Part shown: one piece after another, positions 9,795-19,598 of the stretch
How the letters are laid out: each line of letters opens with the position of its first letter
How positions within the stretch are numbered: position 1 is the stretch's first letter
From: an uncultured Bacteroidaceae bacterium
GTDB taxonomy: Bacteria; Bacteroidota; Bacteroidia; Bacteroidales; GCA-2748055
Reading direction: 5' to 3'
Length of the DNA stretch: 64,000 nucleotides
Assembly: GCA_964538375.1 (NCBI GenBank)
Contig: CAZIFQ010000001.1
Span: forward strand, 35,463-99,462
Program-made: the position numbers and the translations under genes
Notes under the pieces: model-generated
Databases searched by the model: none
What the model was told of the DNA's origin: nothing
Seen by the model: the letters and a program-made list of their open reading frames with translations, nothing else

Positions 9795-10811
9795 ATGAAT
9801 ATCGACTGGAAAAACCTGGGATTTGGAATCAGTGAGACTGACTATAATGTAAGATGCTATTACAGGGATGGTAAATGGGGTGAACTTGAAATTTCATCTT
9901 CCAACCAAATAACTATGCATATGGCGGCCACATGCCTGCATTATGGCCAGGAATCATTTGAAGGACTAAAAGCCTACCGTGGATCCGATAACCGGATTCG
10001 ATTGTTTCGCTATGACGAAAATGCAAAAAGAATGAAACGTTCTTCACAGGGCATTCTCCTGGCAGAAGTTCCGCAGTCAATTTTCCAGGGAGCAGTGGAA
10101 AAAGCAGTAAAGCTTAACGAAAGATTCATTCCTCCTCACGGAACAGGAGCGTCGCTTTATGTCAGACCCCTGCTAATTGGAACCGGCGCAGAGGTCGGTG
10201 TAAAGCCGGCAAAAGAATTTCTTTTTATTGTCTTCGTTATGCCGGTAGGACCTTATTTCAAAGCTGGATTTAAACCTGTGGATATCATGATCACCAGGGA
10301 ACACGATCGTGCAGCACCAAAGGGCACTGGACATTTGAAAGTTGGTGGAAATTATGCTGCCAGTATGACCTCCGTAGCCAAAGCACATAAAGAAGGATAT
10401 GCAACTGCTTTATACCTCGACGCAAAAGAAAAAAAATATATCGATGAATGCGGTCCTGCCAATTTCTTCGCAATAAAAAATAATACTTACATCACTCCTG
10501 AGTCACATTCGATACTCCCTTCTATTACCAATATGAGTCTTATGAAACTGGCTGAAGATATGGGGATGAAGGTAGAGAGAAGGCCCATAGCTGTTGAAGA
10601 GTTAGAGGATTTTGAAGAGGTCGGTGCATGTGGTACCGCTGCCGTGATCACACCAATTGGAAAAATTGTCGATTCAGATGTTGGGAAAACCTACAAATTC
10701 GTAGAAGGTGATACTCCAGGTAAGATATCTAAAAAATTGTATGAACGCCTTATTGGAATTCAATACGGAGATATTGAGGATAAATTTGGTTGGATCACAA
10801 TACTGGATTAA
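9795..10811 (+). CDS. ilvE: branched-chain amino acid aminotransferase
   Basis: MNIDWKNLGFGISETDYNVRCYY...CLHYGQESFEGLKAYRG...GTGHLKVGGNYAAS. The ATG at 9795 is preferred over the TTG at 9762 in the track. Confidence 0.9.
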   Translation: MNIDWKNLGFGISETDYNVRCYYRDGKWGELEISSSNQITMHMAATCLHYGQESFEGLKAYRGSDNRIRLFRYDENAKRMKRSSQGILLAEVPQSIFQGAVEKAVKLNERFIPPHGTGASLYVRPLLIGTGAEVGVKPAKEFLFIVFVMPVGPYFKAGFKPVDIMITREHDRAAPKGTGHLKVGGNYAASMTSVAKAHKEGYATALYLDAKEKKYIDECGPANFFAIKNNTYITPESHSILPSITNMSLMKLAEDMGMKVERRPIAVEELEDFEEVGACGTAAVITPIGKIVDSDVGKTYKFVEGDTPGKISKKLYERLIGIQYGDIEDKFGWITILD

Positions 10812-10963
10812 CAGCATTTTTTCTGTTAGTTCAATTCTGTTTCACTTCATGGATTTATTTGCCGGGCAAAAAGTACAGATCTCGTATCTAAGCATTTCAC
10901 CCTGTGCTTGCACATACCCCAAACAAATTATTCCTATCTTTGAAGCAATCCATATGCTTATTT

Positions 10964-11842
10964 ATGTCAAGGAAAGAAAACAGGGCTAATCAGCGACGAT
11001 TAAGAAGTTCGTATCTCACTTCAATTATCAGTATTTCACTTGTATTATTCCTCATCGGAATTGTTGGATTACTTATAATTAACGGACGGAATATCAGCAA
11101 TACAGTGAGAGAAAATATCGGATTTAACGTGATTCTAAAGGAGAATGTAAAAGAAGCAGATATATACAAGCTCCAAAAAGTATTGGATTCCAAACCTTAC
11201 ATCTTATCTACAAATTACATAACCAAAGAGGAAGCAGCATTGGAAACCGAACAACTAATTGGTGGTGATTTTGTGGAATTTTTAGGATACAACCCTCTTC
11301 CGCCTTCCATTAAGGTTCGGTTGCAAGCGTCCTATACCAAACCCGATTCTGTGATCTTCATTGAAAAAGAGTTGTTAAATTATGAAACAATTAGTGAGGT
11401 GGTCTATAAAAAATCGCTGCTTTATGCAATTAATGAGAACATAAGAAAGATCTCTATAGTAATACTGAGTTTCAGTATATTACTCACCCTGGTTGCTGTA
11501 ACGCTAATTAACAATACAATACGGCTTTCCATCTACTCGAAAAGATTTATTATCAATACAATGCAGCTCGTTGGCGCCACCCGTGGGTTTATCAGAAAAC
11601 CCTTCCTGTTAAGAAGTTCCTTAAATGGTTTTATTGGTTCTGTCATAGCCATGGGAATCCTTGCCGTTATTATTTATATAACTGAAGATGAGCTCGATGG
11701 ACTCATCACATTTAATGATCTTGAACTAATTGCTCTTCTTTCACTCTCAATATTAGCTATAAGCATTGTTATTAACTGGATTTCTACTTTCTTTGCAGTA
11801 AATAAATATTTGAACATCAAAACTGATAAACTGTATTATTAA
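10964..11842 (+). CDS. ftsX: cell division protein FtsX-like permease
   Basis: MSRKENRANQRRLRSSYLTSIISISLVLFLIGIVGLL, a periplasmic loop, then three C-terminal TM helices. The ATG at 10964 is preferred over the track start at 10904. Confidence 0.8.
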   Translation: MSRKENRANQRRLRSSYLTSIISISLVLFLIGIVGLLIINGRNISNTVRENIGFNVILKENVKEADIYKLQKVLDSKPYILSTNYITKEEAALETEQLIGGDFVEFLGYNPLPPSIKVRLQASYTKPDSVIFIEKELLNYETISEVVYKKSLLYAINENIRKISIVILSFSILLTLVAVTLINNTIRLSIYSKRFIINTMQLVGATRGFIRKPFLLRSSLNGFIGSVIAMGILAVIIYITEDELDGLITFNDLELIALLSLSILAISIVINWISTFFAVNKYLNIKTDKLYY

Positions 11843-11852
11843 TAATATCACA

Positions 11853-12116
11853 ATGAGTAAGAAAAATACAGGAAATGATAATTTCGCACTAAGTCCGGAA
11901 AACTACAAATTACTTATCATAGGGTTTGTCATAATTGTGATCGGTTTTCTACTTATGATTGGAGGAAAGGCAACAGATCCAGCAGTTTTCAATGAAGATG
12001 AGATATTTAGTTTCCGTCGGATTACGCTGGCTCCTTTGGTTGTTCTTTTTGGTTTCGTATTCGAAATTTGGGCAATCATGAAAAAACCCCGTTCTCAAGA
12101 AGAAGAAGCAGATTAA
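11853..12116 (+). CDS. small two-TM membrane protein (DUF3098-like)
   Basis: 87 aa. It occupies the conserved Bacteroidota position between ftsX and uppP and has two hydrophobic helices. Confidence 0.6.
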   Translation: MSKKNTGNDNFALSPENYKLLIIGFVIIVIGFLLMIGGKATDPAVFNEDEIFSFRRITLAPLVVLFGFVFEIWAIMKKPRSQEEEAD

Positions 12117-12131
12117 AACCAATGTTCCATT

Positions 12132-12917
12132 ATGAGTTTATTAGAGTCTATTATTCTTGGAATCATCCAGGGATTAACTGAATTTTTGCCTGTTAGCAGC
12201 AGCGGTCATCTTGAAATTGGAAAAGTATTATTGAATGTTGAGCTTGAAGAAAGCTTAAGCTTCACCGTCATGGTTCATTTCGCAACAGTTTTAAGTACCA
12301 TTACCGTGTTTTTTAAGGAAATCAAGATCCTGTTTTTTGATGTGCTGAAATTCAAATGGAATCCCTCCACTAAATATTTTGTTAAGATTCTCATATCAAT
12401 GATTCCTGTACTAATAGTTGGAATATTTTTTCAAGATAAGGTTGAATCACTTTTTTCGGGCAATCTAGTTCTGGTGGGAATTGCTTTACTTTTTACCGCA
12501 CTCCTCCTCTTTCTTACCACACTAGTAAAAACTGAAGGCACAAAGAAGATTCCCTTTAGCGATGCATTCATGATGGGTCTTGCGCAAGCCCTGGCAGTAA
12601 TACCCGGTTTATCACGTTCCGGGTCCACAATTGCTACCGGCCTTCTACTTAAGAATAAGAGAGATGATGTTGCTCGCTTTTCATTTCTCATGGTTCTGAT
12701 ACCTATAATCGGAGCAGCATTACTCAAGTTACTGGATTTGATCGAAGCACCTGCGGGAAATGTAAACTTTCTGCCGCTAATTGCAGGATTCCTTGCCGCA
12801 TATATTAGTGGTTACCTCGCATGCAAATGGATGATCAATATTGTAAAGAGGGGAAAACTGATCTGGTTTGCGATTTACTGCGGTTCTGTTGGTATGATTT
12901 CAATCATTTTTTCCTGA
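12132..12917 (+). CDS. uppP: undecaprenyl-diphosphate phosphatase
   Basis: 261 aa. GIIQGLTEFLPVSSSGHL and PGLSRSGSTI are BacA/UppP motifs. Confidence 0.9.
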   Translation: MSLLESIILGIIQGLTEFLPVSSSGHLEIGKVLLNVELEESLSFTVMVHFATVLSTITVFFKEIKILFFDVLKFKWNPSTKYFVKILISMIPVLIVGIFFQDKVESLFSGNLVLVGIALLFTALLLFLTTLVKTEGTKKIPFSDAFMMGLAQALAVIPGLSRSGSTIATGLLLKNKRDDVARFSFLMVLIPIIGAALLKLLDLIEAPAGNVNFLPLIAGFLAAYISGYLACKWMINIVKRGKLIWFAIYCGSVGMISIIFS

Positions 12918-12921
12918 TATT

Positions 12922-13623
12922 ATGAGTATAACTACACCTGATGAATTCCTGGAAGGGAAAGTCGTGTTAATCGATAAGGAAATTGATTGGACTTCATTTG
13001 ATGTTGTAAATAAATTGCGGGGATCTCTGAAAACAATTTTGAAAATTCCCAAAATCAAAGTTGGACATGCCGGAACACTAGACCCTCTTGCCACTGGACT
13101 GGTAATTATTTGTACAGGAAGAGCAACAAAGAGCATTGAATCATTCCAGGCACTGGAAAAAGAATATATGGCCGAAATTACCCTGGGCGCTACAACTCCA
13201 TCATTTGACCTGGAAACCAAAATTGATGAAAGATTTCCTGTTGATCATATTGACAAAGAATTGCTGGAAGCATCATTACAACAATTTATTGGGGACATCC
13301 CCCAGGTACCACCGAAATTTTCTGCGAAGCAAATTAATGGAAAAAGAGCTTATGAACTAGCCCGCCAGGGAGAGGAAGTAAAGATGCGCACTAATATTGT
13401 TACTATATATGAAATTGAGCTCATTGAATTTTCTTCCCCTAAACTAGTAATACGCGTAAGATGTGGGAAAGGCACGTATATCCGTTCCCTGGCAAATGAT
13501 CTTGGCATCAGCTTGAATTCCGGAGCCCATCTTTCAGGTCTTAAAAGGACTAAAATCGGTGATTATCATGTAAATGATGCAGAAAAAATAGGAGATTTTG
13601 TAAAAAAATTAAAACCTTTGTAA
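12922..13623 (+). CDS. truB: tRNA pseudouridine(55) synthase
   Basis: 233 aa. KVGHAGTLDPLATGLVIICTGRATK is the TruB catalytic-Asp motif. Confidence 0.9.
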   Translation: MSITTPDEFLEGKVVLIDKEIDWTSFDVVNKLRGSLKTILKIPKIKVGHAGTLDPLATGLVIICTGRATKSIESFQALEKEYMAEITLGATTPSFDLETKIDERFPVDHIDKELLEASLQQFIGDIPQVPPKFSAKQINGKRAYELARQGEEVKMRTNIVTIYEIELIEFSSPKLVIRVRCGKGTYIRSLANDLGISLNSGAHLSGLKRTKIGDYHVNDAEKIGDFVKKLKPL

Positions 13624-13708
13624 CCTTTTTATGTTTTCTACGTATAAGGTACCTTGTCGATAAACGCAAAGAAACAATCTGTCAATCTTAATAATTAATA
13701 AAATACAC

Positions 13709-14758
13709 ATGAAATTATCACAGTATAAATTCAATCTTCCACCTGAACGTATTGCAAAATATCCTCCTTTGAACCGGGATGAATCAAAACTTATGGTTTT
13801 ACATCGGGAATCGGGAAAAATAGAACACAAAACCTTTAAAGATATCATCAACTATTTCGATAACAAAGATGTAATGGTATTTAATGATACAAAAGTCTTC
13901 CCGGCCCGGCTCTATGGTAACAAAGAAAAAACCGGGGCTGAAATTGAAGTTTTCCTTCTCAGGGAACTTAACCGTGAACAAAGATTATGGGATGTTCTTG
14001 TTGATCCGGCAAGGAAAATAAGGATTGGCAATAAGCTGTATTTTGGAGAAGATGATGTGCTCGTTGCAGAAGTTATTGATAATACTACGTCAAGGGGACG
14101 AACACTCAGGTTCCTATATGACGGCGATTATGAAGACTTCAAGAAAACACTTTTTGATTTAGGAGAAACACCCTTGCCAAATTTCATTGATCGTCCGGTA
14201 GAACCAGAAGACAAGGATCGCTATCAAACGGTTTTTGCTAAGAATGAAGGAGCCGTGGCAGCCCCAACTGCCGGAATGCACTTTAGCCGTGAGCTTTTAA
14301 AACGGCTTGAAATAAAAGGAATTGAATTCGCTTTTGTAACATTACACGTTGGATTGGGAAATTTCAGGTCTGTTGATGTAGAAGACCTGACGAAGCACAA
14401 AATGGATTCTGAAAGAATCCTCATAAATAATGATGCTGTTGACTTCGTAAATTCTGCAAAAGAAAGACGTAATAATGTCTGTGCTGTTGGTACAACTGTA
14501 ATGAGAACACTTGAGAGTTCTGTTTCAACCACAGGACACCTAAAAGAATTTGATGGATGGACAAATAAATTCATCTTCCCTCCATATGAATTCAGTGTTC
14601 CAAATCGCATGATATCTAATTTTCACCTTCCCTACTCCACTCTTTTAATGATGGTCTCCGCTTTTGCCGGCTTTGATCAACTTATGGATGCTTATAAACT
14701 TGCTATAAAAGAGGGGTATAGATTTGGTACTTATGGAGATGCAATGTTAATTTTATAA
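13709..14758 (+). CDS. queA: S-adenosylmethionine:tRNA ribosyltransferase-isomerase
   Basis: 349 aa. [20 protein letters not shown]...[12 protein letters not shown]...[12 protein letters not shown]. Confidence 0.92.
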   Translation: MKLSQYKFNLPPERIAKYPPLNRDESKLMVLHRESGKIEHKTFKDIINYFDNKDVMVFNDTKVFPARLYGNKEKTGAEIEVFLLRELNREQRLWDVLVDPARKIRIGNKLYFGEDDVLVAEVIDNTTSRGRTLRFLYDGDYEDFKKTLFDLGETPLPNFIDRPVEPEDKDRYQTVFAKNEGAVAAPTAGMHFSRELLKRLEIKGIEFAFVTLHVGLGNFRSVDVEDLTKHKMDSERILINNDAVDFVNSAKERRNNVCAVGTTVMRTLESSVSTTGHLKEFDGWTNKFIFPPYEFSVPNRMISNFHLPYSTLLMMVSAFAGFDQLMDAYKLAIKEGYRFGTYGDAMLIL

Positions 14759-14773
14759 TTTTATCATCAATAA

Positions 14774-16285
14774 ATGCCCCTTTTTAACTCCATTATTTCC
14801 TGGTTCAACGTAAAACGTATTCACCAAATTGAGCTTTTCAAGCTTTACCCTGGAAATGTTCAGCGTGAAGTATTTACAAGGATTATTCAACAGGCAAAAA
14901 ACACGGAGTGGGGCACGAAATATAAATATAGTGAGATAACTTCGATCCAGCAATATCAGGAAAGGGTACCGATCCAAACATATGAAGATATTGTACCCTA
15001 TGTAAATAAGCAACGAGCCGGTGAACCCAATGTCCTTTGGCCAAATGATATTAAGTGGTTTGCAAAATCTTCAGGTACAACATCAGAAAAAAGCAAGTAT
15101 ATTCCAGTGACATCTGAAGCTCTTGAAGAGTGTCATTTCAGAGGAGGAAAAGATGTCCTGGCAATATATACTAATCTTTTTCCGGATTCACTCGTATTCA
15201 GGGGAAAAGGATTAACCCTTGGGGGAAGTCAACAGATCAATAATTATAGCAACCAGTCATATTACGGGGATCTGTCTGCAATAATGATCGACAATCTTCC
15301 GTTTTGGGCCAACTTCATCAGGACACCGTCTGCGGACATTGCCCTTATTCCAGATTTCGAAGAAAAGGTTGATAAGATTACCAAAGCCGCAACAAAAGTA
15401 AACGTTACAAATATTGCAGGGGTTCCTTCATGGAACCTGGTCCTTCTCAACCACATTCTTGAAGCAACCGGGAAAGATAACTTGTTGGAAATCTGGCCTA
15501 ACCTGGAACTCTTTACACATGGAGGAGTAAGCTTTACTCCTTACCGAGAGCAATTCAAGAAAATTATCCCATCTCCCAAAATGAATTATATGGAAACATA
15601 TAATGCGTCAGAAGGATTTTTTGGAATTCAAAATGACCTAAGTGATGAATCCATGCTTCTTATGCTGGATTATGGTGTATTTTATGAGTTTATTCCCATG
15701 GACAGTATTGATGAGGAAAATCCGCCTGTCTTTACTGTTGATGACGTACAAAAGGGAATAAATTATGCCCTATTAATCAGTACAAATGGTGGATTATGGA
15801 GGTATATGATTGGCGATACAATTACTTTCACTTCTCTTACACCGCATAAATTCAAAATCACCGGAAGAACAAAATATTTCATAAATGCATTTGGAGAAGA
15901 AATTATCCAGGATAATGCTGAAAAAGCTCTCCATACCGCTTGTGAACACACCGGTGCACATATAAAAGATTATACTGCAGGACCCATTTATATGTCTGGT
16001 AATAAAAAAGGATCACATGAATGGGTGATAGAGTTTGAAAAAGACCCGGATGATCTGGATCGATTTGCCGATGTTCTTGATAAAACACTTTGTTCCATAA
16101 ATTCAGACTATGAAGCAAAAAGATTTAAGAATTCTACTTTAGTAAAGCCCACTGTTATTGCAGCAAAAAGAGGAACTTTTTATAAGTGGTTCATGGGAAA
16201 AGGAAAGCTTGGGGGTCAGAACAAAATGCCACGACTGGCCAACGATAGAAAATACCTGGAGGAAATTCATCAAATCATTTCATGA
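14774..16285 (+). CDS. GH3 auxin-responsive-promoter family protein (acyl-adenylate-forming enzyme-like)
   Basis: 503 aa. FAKSSGTTSEKSKYIPVT and the overall pattern are typical of bacterial GH3 homologues. Confidence 0.8.
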   Translation: MPLFNSIISWFNVKRIHQIELFKLYPGNVQREVFTRIIQQAKNTEWGTKYKYSEITSIQQYQERVPIQTYEDIVPYVNKQRAGEPNVLWPNDIKWFAKSSGTTSEKSKYIPVTSEALEECHFRGGKDVLAIYTNLFPDSLVFRGKGLTLGGSQQINNYSNQSYYGDLSAIMIDNLPFWANFIRTPSADIALIPDFEEKVDKITKAATKVNVTNIAGVPSWNLVLLNHILEATGKDNLLEIWPNLELFTHGGVSFTPYREQFKKIIPSPKMNYMETYNASEGFFGIQNDLSDESMLLMLDYGVFYEFIPMDSIDEENPPVFTVDDVQKGINYALLISTNGGLWRYMIGDTITFTSLTPHKFKITGRTKYFINAFGEEIIQDNAEKALHTACEHTGAHIKDYTAGPIYMSGNKKGSHEWVIEFEKDPDDLDRFADVLDKTLCSINSDYEAKRFKNSTLVKPTVIAAKRGTFYKWFMGKGKLGGQNKMPRLANDRKYLEEIHQIIS

Positions 16286-16356
16286 TTGAAGCATTATTTT
16301 ACCGATAACAAATGAAAAGTTAGTATATTTATTTTCTACTTTTCAAATAACAAATT

Positions 16357-16971
16357 ATGCATATAGCAGTCGCAGGTAACATCGGTTCCGGGAAAACCAC
16401 GCTCACAGGATTACTGGCAAAACATTATAATTGGGAGGCGCAATATGAGGATGTCGACGACAACCCCTATCTTAATGATTTCTATGAGGATATGCAGCGC
16501 TGGTCTTTCAACTTACAAATTTATTTTTTAAACAGCAGGTTCAGCCAGATCGTACAAATCAGGCAAACAGGTCTGAAAACTATCCAGGATCGAACCATCT
16601 ATGAAGATGCATATATTTTTGCTCCAAACCTTCACAGTATGGGATTAATGACAACCCGTGATTTTGAAAATTATTTTGCCCTTTTTAATCTCATGAGTTC
16701 ATTAATCGAACCCCCTGATCTACTCATCTATTTACGAGCAAGCATCCCGACGCTTGTCAACCAAATACAGAACAGAGGTCGTAAATATGAAGACAATATA
16801 CGGCTCGATTATCTGAAGCATCTTAATGAAAGATACGAGGCCTGGATTGAAACCTATAGTTTTGGAAAGCTTTTGATTATCGATGCAGATAATTATAATT
16901 TCCCGGCAAGTCCAGAGGATTTAAGTGTTGTAATTGATAAAATCAATGCAAACTTACATGGCTTGTTCTAG
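16357..16971 (+). CDS. deoxynucleoside kinase
   Basis: 204 aa. It has the P-loop IAVAGNIGSGKTTL, then DNPYLNDFYEDMQRWSFNLQIYFLNSRF. Confidence 0.85.
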   Translation: MHIAVAGNIGSGKTTLTGLLAKHYNWEAQYEDVDDNPYLNDFYEDMQRWSFNLQIYFLNSRFSQIVQIRQTGLKTIQDRTIYEDAYIFAPNLHSMGLMTTRDFENYFALFNLMSSLIEPPDLLIYLRASIPTLVNQIQNRGRKYEDNIRLDYLKHLNERYEAWIETYSFGKLLIIDADNYNFPASPEDLSVVIDKINANLHGLF

Positions 16972-16990
16972 AACACAGCTTCCGCTTAAA

Positions 16991-17203
16991 TTACATATCC
17001 TTTAGTATATTTATTTCTTTCCTTGTTACTCCAAGGGAATCTCCAACTTCAAAACTCTTAAGCAGCCTCCATGGCCTATATTTTGATGTAAATGAATTGT
17101 CGGATAACTCGTTATGTTCCAATAAGCGTCGACTAACATGGTTAGTCTGTCCAATATAGTACTTGTCGTACTTCTCTGAATATAGAATGTAGACGTAATA
17201 CAT
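16991..17203 (-). CDS. GIY-YIG nuclease family protein (short form)
   Basis: 70 aa. MYYVYILYSEKYDKYYIGQTNHVSRRLLEHN is the GIY-YIG signature. The C-terminus looks shorter than usual. Confidence 0.7.
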   Translation of the reverse strand: MYYVYILYSEKYDKYYIGQTNHVSRRLLEHNELSDNSFTSKYRPWRLLKSFEVGDSLGVTRKEINILKDM

Positions 17204-17208
17204 AATAG

Positions 17209-17243
17209 AAAAAGCCGGAGGAAAACTAATCCTCCGGCTTTTT
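17209..17243. terminator. bidirectional hairpin terminator downstream of tRNA-Asn
   Basis: Stem GCCGGAGG (17214-17221) / CCTCCGGC (17231-17238), flanked by A5 on one side and T5 on the other. Confidence 0.6.
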
Positions 17244-17245
17244 AG

Positions 17246-17319
17246 CTCCTCAGGTAGGACTTGAACCTACGACCTACGGATTAACAGTCCGCCGCTCTAA
17301 CCAACTGAGCTACTGAGGA
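17246..17319 (-). tRNA. tRNA-Asn (anticodon GTT)
   Basis: Hand-folded 74-nt cloverleaf. Acceptor TCCTCAG/CTGAGGA, D stem GCTC/GAGC, anticodon loop CTGTTAA, T arm GTAGG-TTCAAGT-CCTAC. No encoded CCA. Confidence 0.9.
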
Positions 17320-17477
17320 ATTATTTTATTTCCATACCGCTGTATGAATTTCGGTTCGCAAAAATATATCCTTTTACTTAATTAAACAATTAATTTACCT
17401 TAAAAAAACAAAAATCTTTGTGCTGATTACAAAGGGGAAAATACTTTTATGTTATATATTTGTGGCAAATTTAGAAT

Positions 17478-18455
17478 ATGAAGGTACTTGGAATGGGCAA
17501 CGCCCTGGTGGATATCATCACCAAACTCAAAGATGATAAGGTATTAAATGCATTTGGTCTGCCCAAAGGAAGTATGACTCTTGTTGATCTTGATACATCA
17601 AACTATATCAATGCTGAAACTAGCGGAGTCCATAAACAGAAAGCATCAGGGGGGTCGGCTGCAAACACTATCCATGGTTTATCTCATATGGGAGTAGAGA
17701 CTGGCTTCATTGGAAAAGTCGGGGATGACGATCTTGGTAATTTCTTTAGAAAAGACATGAAGAACAACAAGATTAATCCCATTCTTTTTAAAAGTATAAA
17801 CGAAACAGGTCGTGCCCTCGCCCTTATTAGTACTGATTCGGAAAGGACCTTTGCCACCTATTTGGGCGCTGCAGTGGAACTGTCCGTTGAAGACCTTGCC
17901 TCAAATATTTTTGAAGGATATAACTATTTATATGTAGAAGGATATCTTGTTCAGGACCATGACCTGCTGGAGAAAGCACTTCGCCTGGCAAAAAAGAACA
18001 AGTTGAAGATATGTATTGATCTTTCCAGTTTCAACATTGTAGATGATCACAAAGATTTTTTCCTTGAGATTATTAAAGATTTTGTAGACATAGTCTTTGG
18101 TAACAACCAGGAAACAGAAAGTCTTACCGGAAAGAAACCTGAAGAGGCTGCTGTTGCCCTGGGTGAGATGGCAGAAATTGTCGTAGTGAAACTTGGTGCA
18201 GAGGGATCTTTGATTCGCGCGAACAACAAGACCGTCCGTATTGGTGTGCGCCCATCAAAACCGATTGATACAACAGGTGCCGGTGATTTATATGCTGCAG
18301 GATTTCTGTATGGATTGATTCATGGAATGTCAGTTGAGAAATGCGGACAGATTGGAGCAATCCTATCCGGTAAAGTAATTGAAATAAATGGCGCTAAAAT
18401 GGAAGAAGCTACCTGGGAAAACCTGCGTCGGGAAATAAAAGCTATCTCAGTATAA
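17478..18455 (+). CDS. PfkB-family kinase, adenosine-kinase-like
   Basis: 325 aa. GGSAANT near the N-terminus and DTTGAGDLYAAGFLYG near the C-terminus are PfkB signatures. Confidence 0.75.
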   Translation: MKVLGMGNALVDIITKLKDDKVLNAFGLPKGSMTLVDLDTSNYINAETSGVHKQKASGGSAANTIHGLSHMGVETGFIGKVGDDDLGNFFRKDMKNNKINPILFKSINETGRALALISTDSERTFATYLGAAVELSVEDLASNIFEGYNYLYVEGYLVQDHDLLEKALRLAKKNKLKICIDLSSFNIVDDHKDFFLEIIKDFVDIVFGNNQETESLTGKKPEEAAVALGEMAEIVVVKLGAEGSLIRANNKTVRIGVRPSKPIDTTGAGDLYAAGFLYGLIHGMSVEKCGQIGAILSGKVIEINGAKMEEATWENLRREIKAISV

Positions 18456-18761
18456 TTATCCTTCATAACTCATCCTCACAAGGTATCCGCCAAATTTCCG
18501 GATATTAATTACGCTGTCGTCATCAAATAAACTACCTGCTTTGACAGGCAATTTTTCTCTGCATAATCCATATCCCTGGCTGAATGACTTATTGGTTTGC
18601 CTACCACATTTAATGCAATTAATCTCACCCATCCATTCAAAATTGATCTCTCTACCTAAAAAATCGTTCATTTTTACCTCCTTATCTCCTATTGGAAGTG
18701 TATATTCTACTAGATTTTTCAATTCCGATTGCATTTTTTTCAAATTTCCTAAAATTTCCAT
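18456..18761 (-). CDS. DUF2797-like mini-protein, probably an internally deleted remnant
   Basis: 101 aa. LGREINFEWMGEINCIKCGRQTNKSFSQGY resembles the N-terminal zinc-ribbon part of DUF2797 proteins, which are normally ~250+ aa. The tail SLFDDDSVINIRKFGGYLV resembles their C-terminus. Its stop directly abuts the stop of the convergent kinase gene. Confidence 0.4.
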   Translation of the reverse strand: MEILGNLKKMQSELKNLVEYTLPIGDKEVKMNDFLGREINFEWMGEINCIKCGRQTNKSFSQGYGLCREKLPVKAGSLFDDDSVINIRKFGGYLVRMSYEG

Positions 18762-18862
18762 GCCTCTGATAATGTTATGTTTACAGGTCTTAAGATAACT
18801 AAAATGAATAATATTTGCAATATTTTTAGTAGTATGTCTTGCATAGTACCATATTTTATATA

Positions 18863-18870
18863 TATCTTTG
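18863..18870 (+). promoter_or_regulatory. Bacteroidota -7 promoter motif (TAnnTTTG)
   Basis: TATCTTTG lies 32 nt upstream of the ATG at 18902. A TTG sits ~21 nt further upstream. Confidence 0.3.
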
Positions 18871-18901
18871 CATTGTCATGTTGTAGGTATAAGACACTAT
18901 T

Positions 18902-19243
18902 ATGAAATACAAGGTAGTATATATAACAATAATAATTCTTTTAACTTTCCTCGGGGAAGGACTTTCACAGAAATCAAGTTTGATTCTACTGCCCTCGGGA
19001 AGACTAGAAGGAAGAACCCAAGAGGTTCAAACTAATGAAACTAACACTATAAAAAAAACCAGTGAGTTCAAAAACACAGATACCTTAATACAAAATACTC
19101 CTGATATCAATAAACATGAAAAAAATTCAAACGCTAAAAATAAAAAACTATGTAAAATCATAGGATCAATTTGTACAAAAAAATGGAGTGAGGGCATAAT
19201 TAGATTATTCCAATTGCCTTCAGCTTCAGGAATAACAATATAA
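18902..19243 (+). CDS. hypothetical small secreted protein
   Basis: 113 aa with an N-terminal hydrophobic signal-like segment, then a low-complexity N/K/T-rich body. No recognisable family. Confidence 0.35.
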   Translation: MKYKVVYITIIILLTFLGEGLSQKSSLILLPSGRLEGRTQEVQTNETNTIKKTSEFKNTDTLIQNTPDINKHEKNSNAKNKKLCKIIGSICTKKWSEGIIRLFQLPSASGITI

Positions 19244-19256
19244 CAATCGTATTATT

Positions 19257-19586
19257 ATGAATATCGAGAATGCAAAAGCACAGATGAGAAAGGGGACCTT
19301 AGAGCTTTGTATATTGGCTATTGTCAATAAGAAAGACTGCTATGCCTCAGATATTATCAACACGCTAAAAGAGAAAAACCTGATCGTTGTTGAAGGAACT
19401 CTCTATCCCCTCCTGACCAGGCAAAAGAATGCCGGTTTACTCAGTTACAGATGGGAAGAGTCCACACAGGGACCTCCCCGTAAATATTATGCCTTAACAG
19501 ATGAGGGCAAACAATTTCTGACGGAGTTGGATAGTTCCTGGAAGGAGCTTGTAAGTGTTGTTAGTTCAATAAATTCAAAAAAATAA
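19257..19586 (+). CDS. PadR family transcriptional regulator
   Basis: 109 aa. LELCILAIV...YASDII...VVEGTLYPLLTRQKNAGLLSYRWEES..GPPRKYYALTDEG. Confidence 0.85.
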   Translation: MNIENAKAQMRKGTLELCILAIVNKKDCYASDIINTLKEKNLIVVEGTLYPLLTRQKNAGLLSYRWEESTQGPPRKYYALTDEGKQFLTELDSSWKELVSVVSSINSKK

Positions 19587-19598
19587 AACTATATAACT

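Noticed and set aside
17400-17477. Promoter call upstream of the adenosine-kinase-like gene (TATATTTG at about 17455)
   Set aside because: The -7-like motif is present but lies only ~15 nt from the ATG, and the nearest TTTG is ~35 nt upstream, which is the wrong spacing. It is too weak to list.
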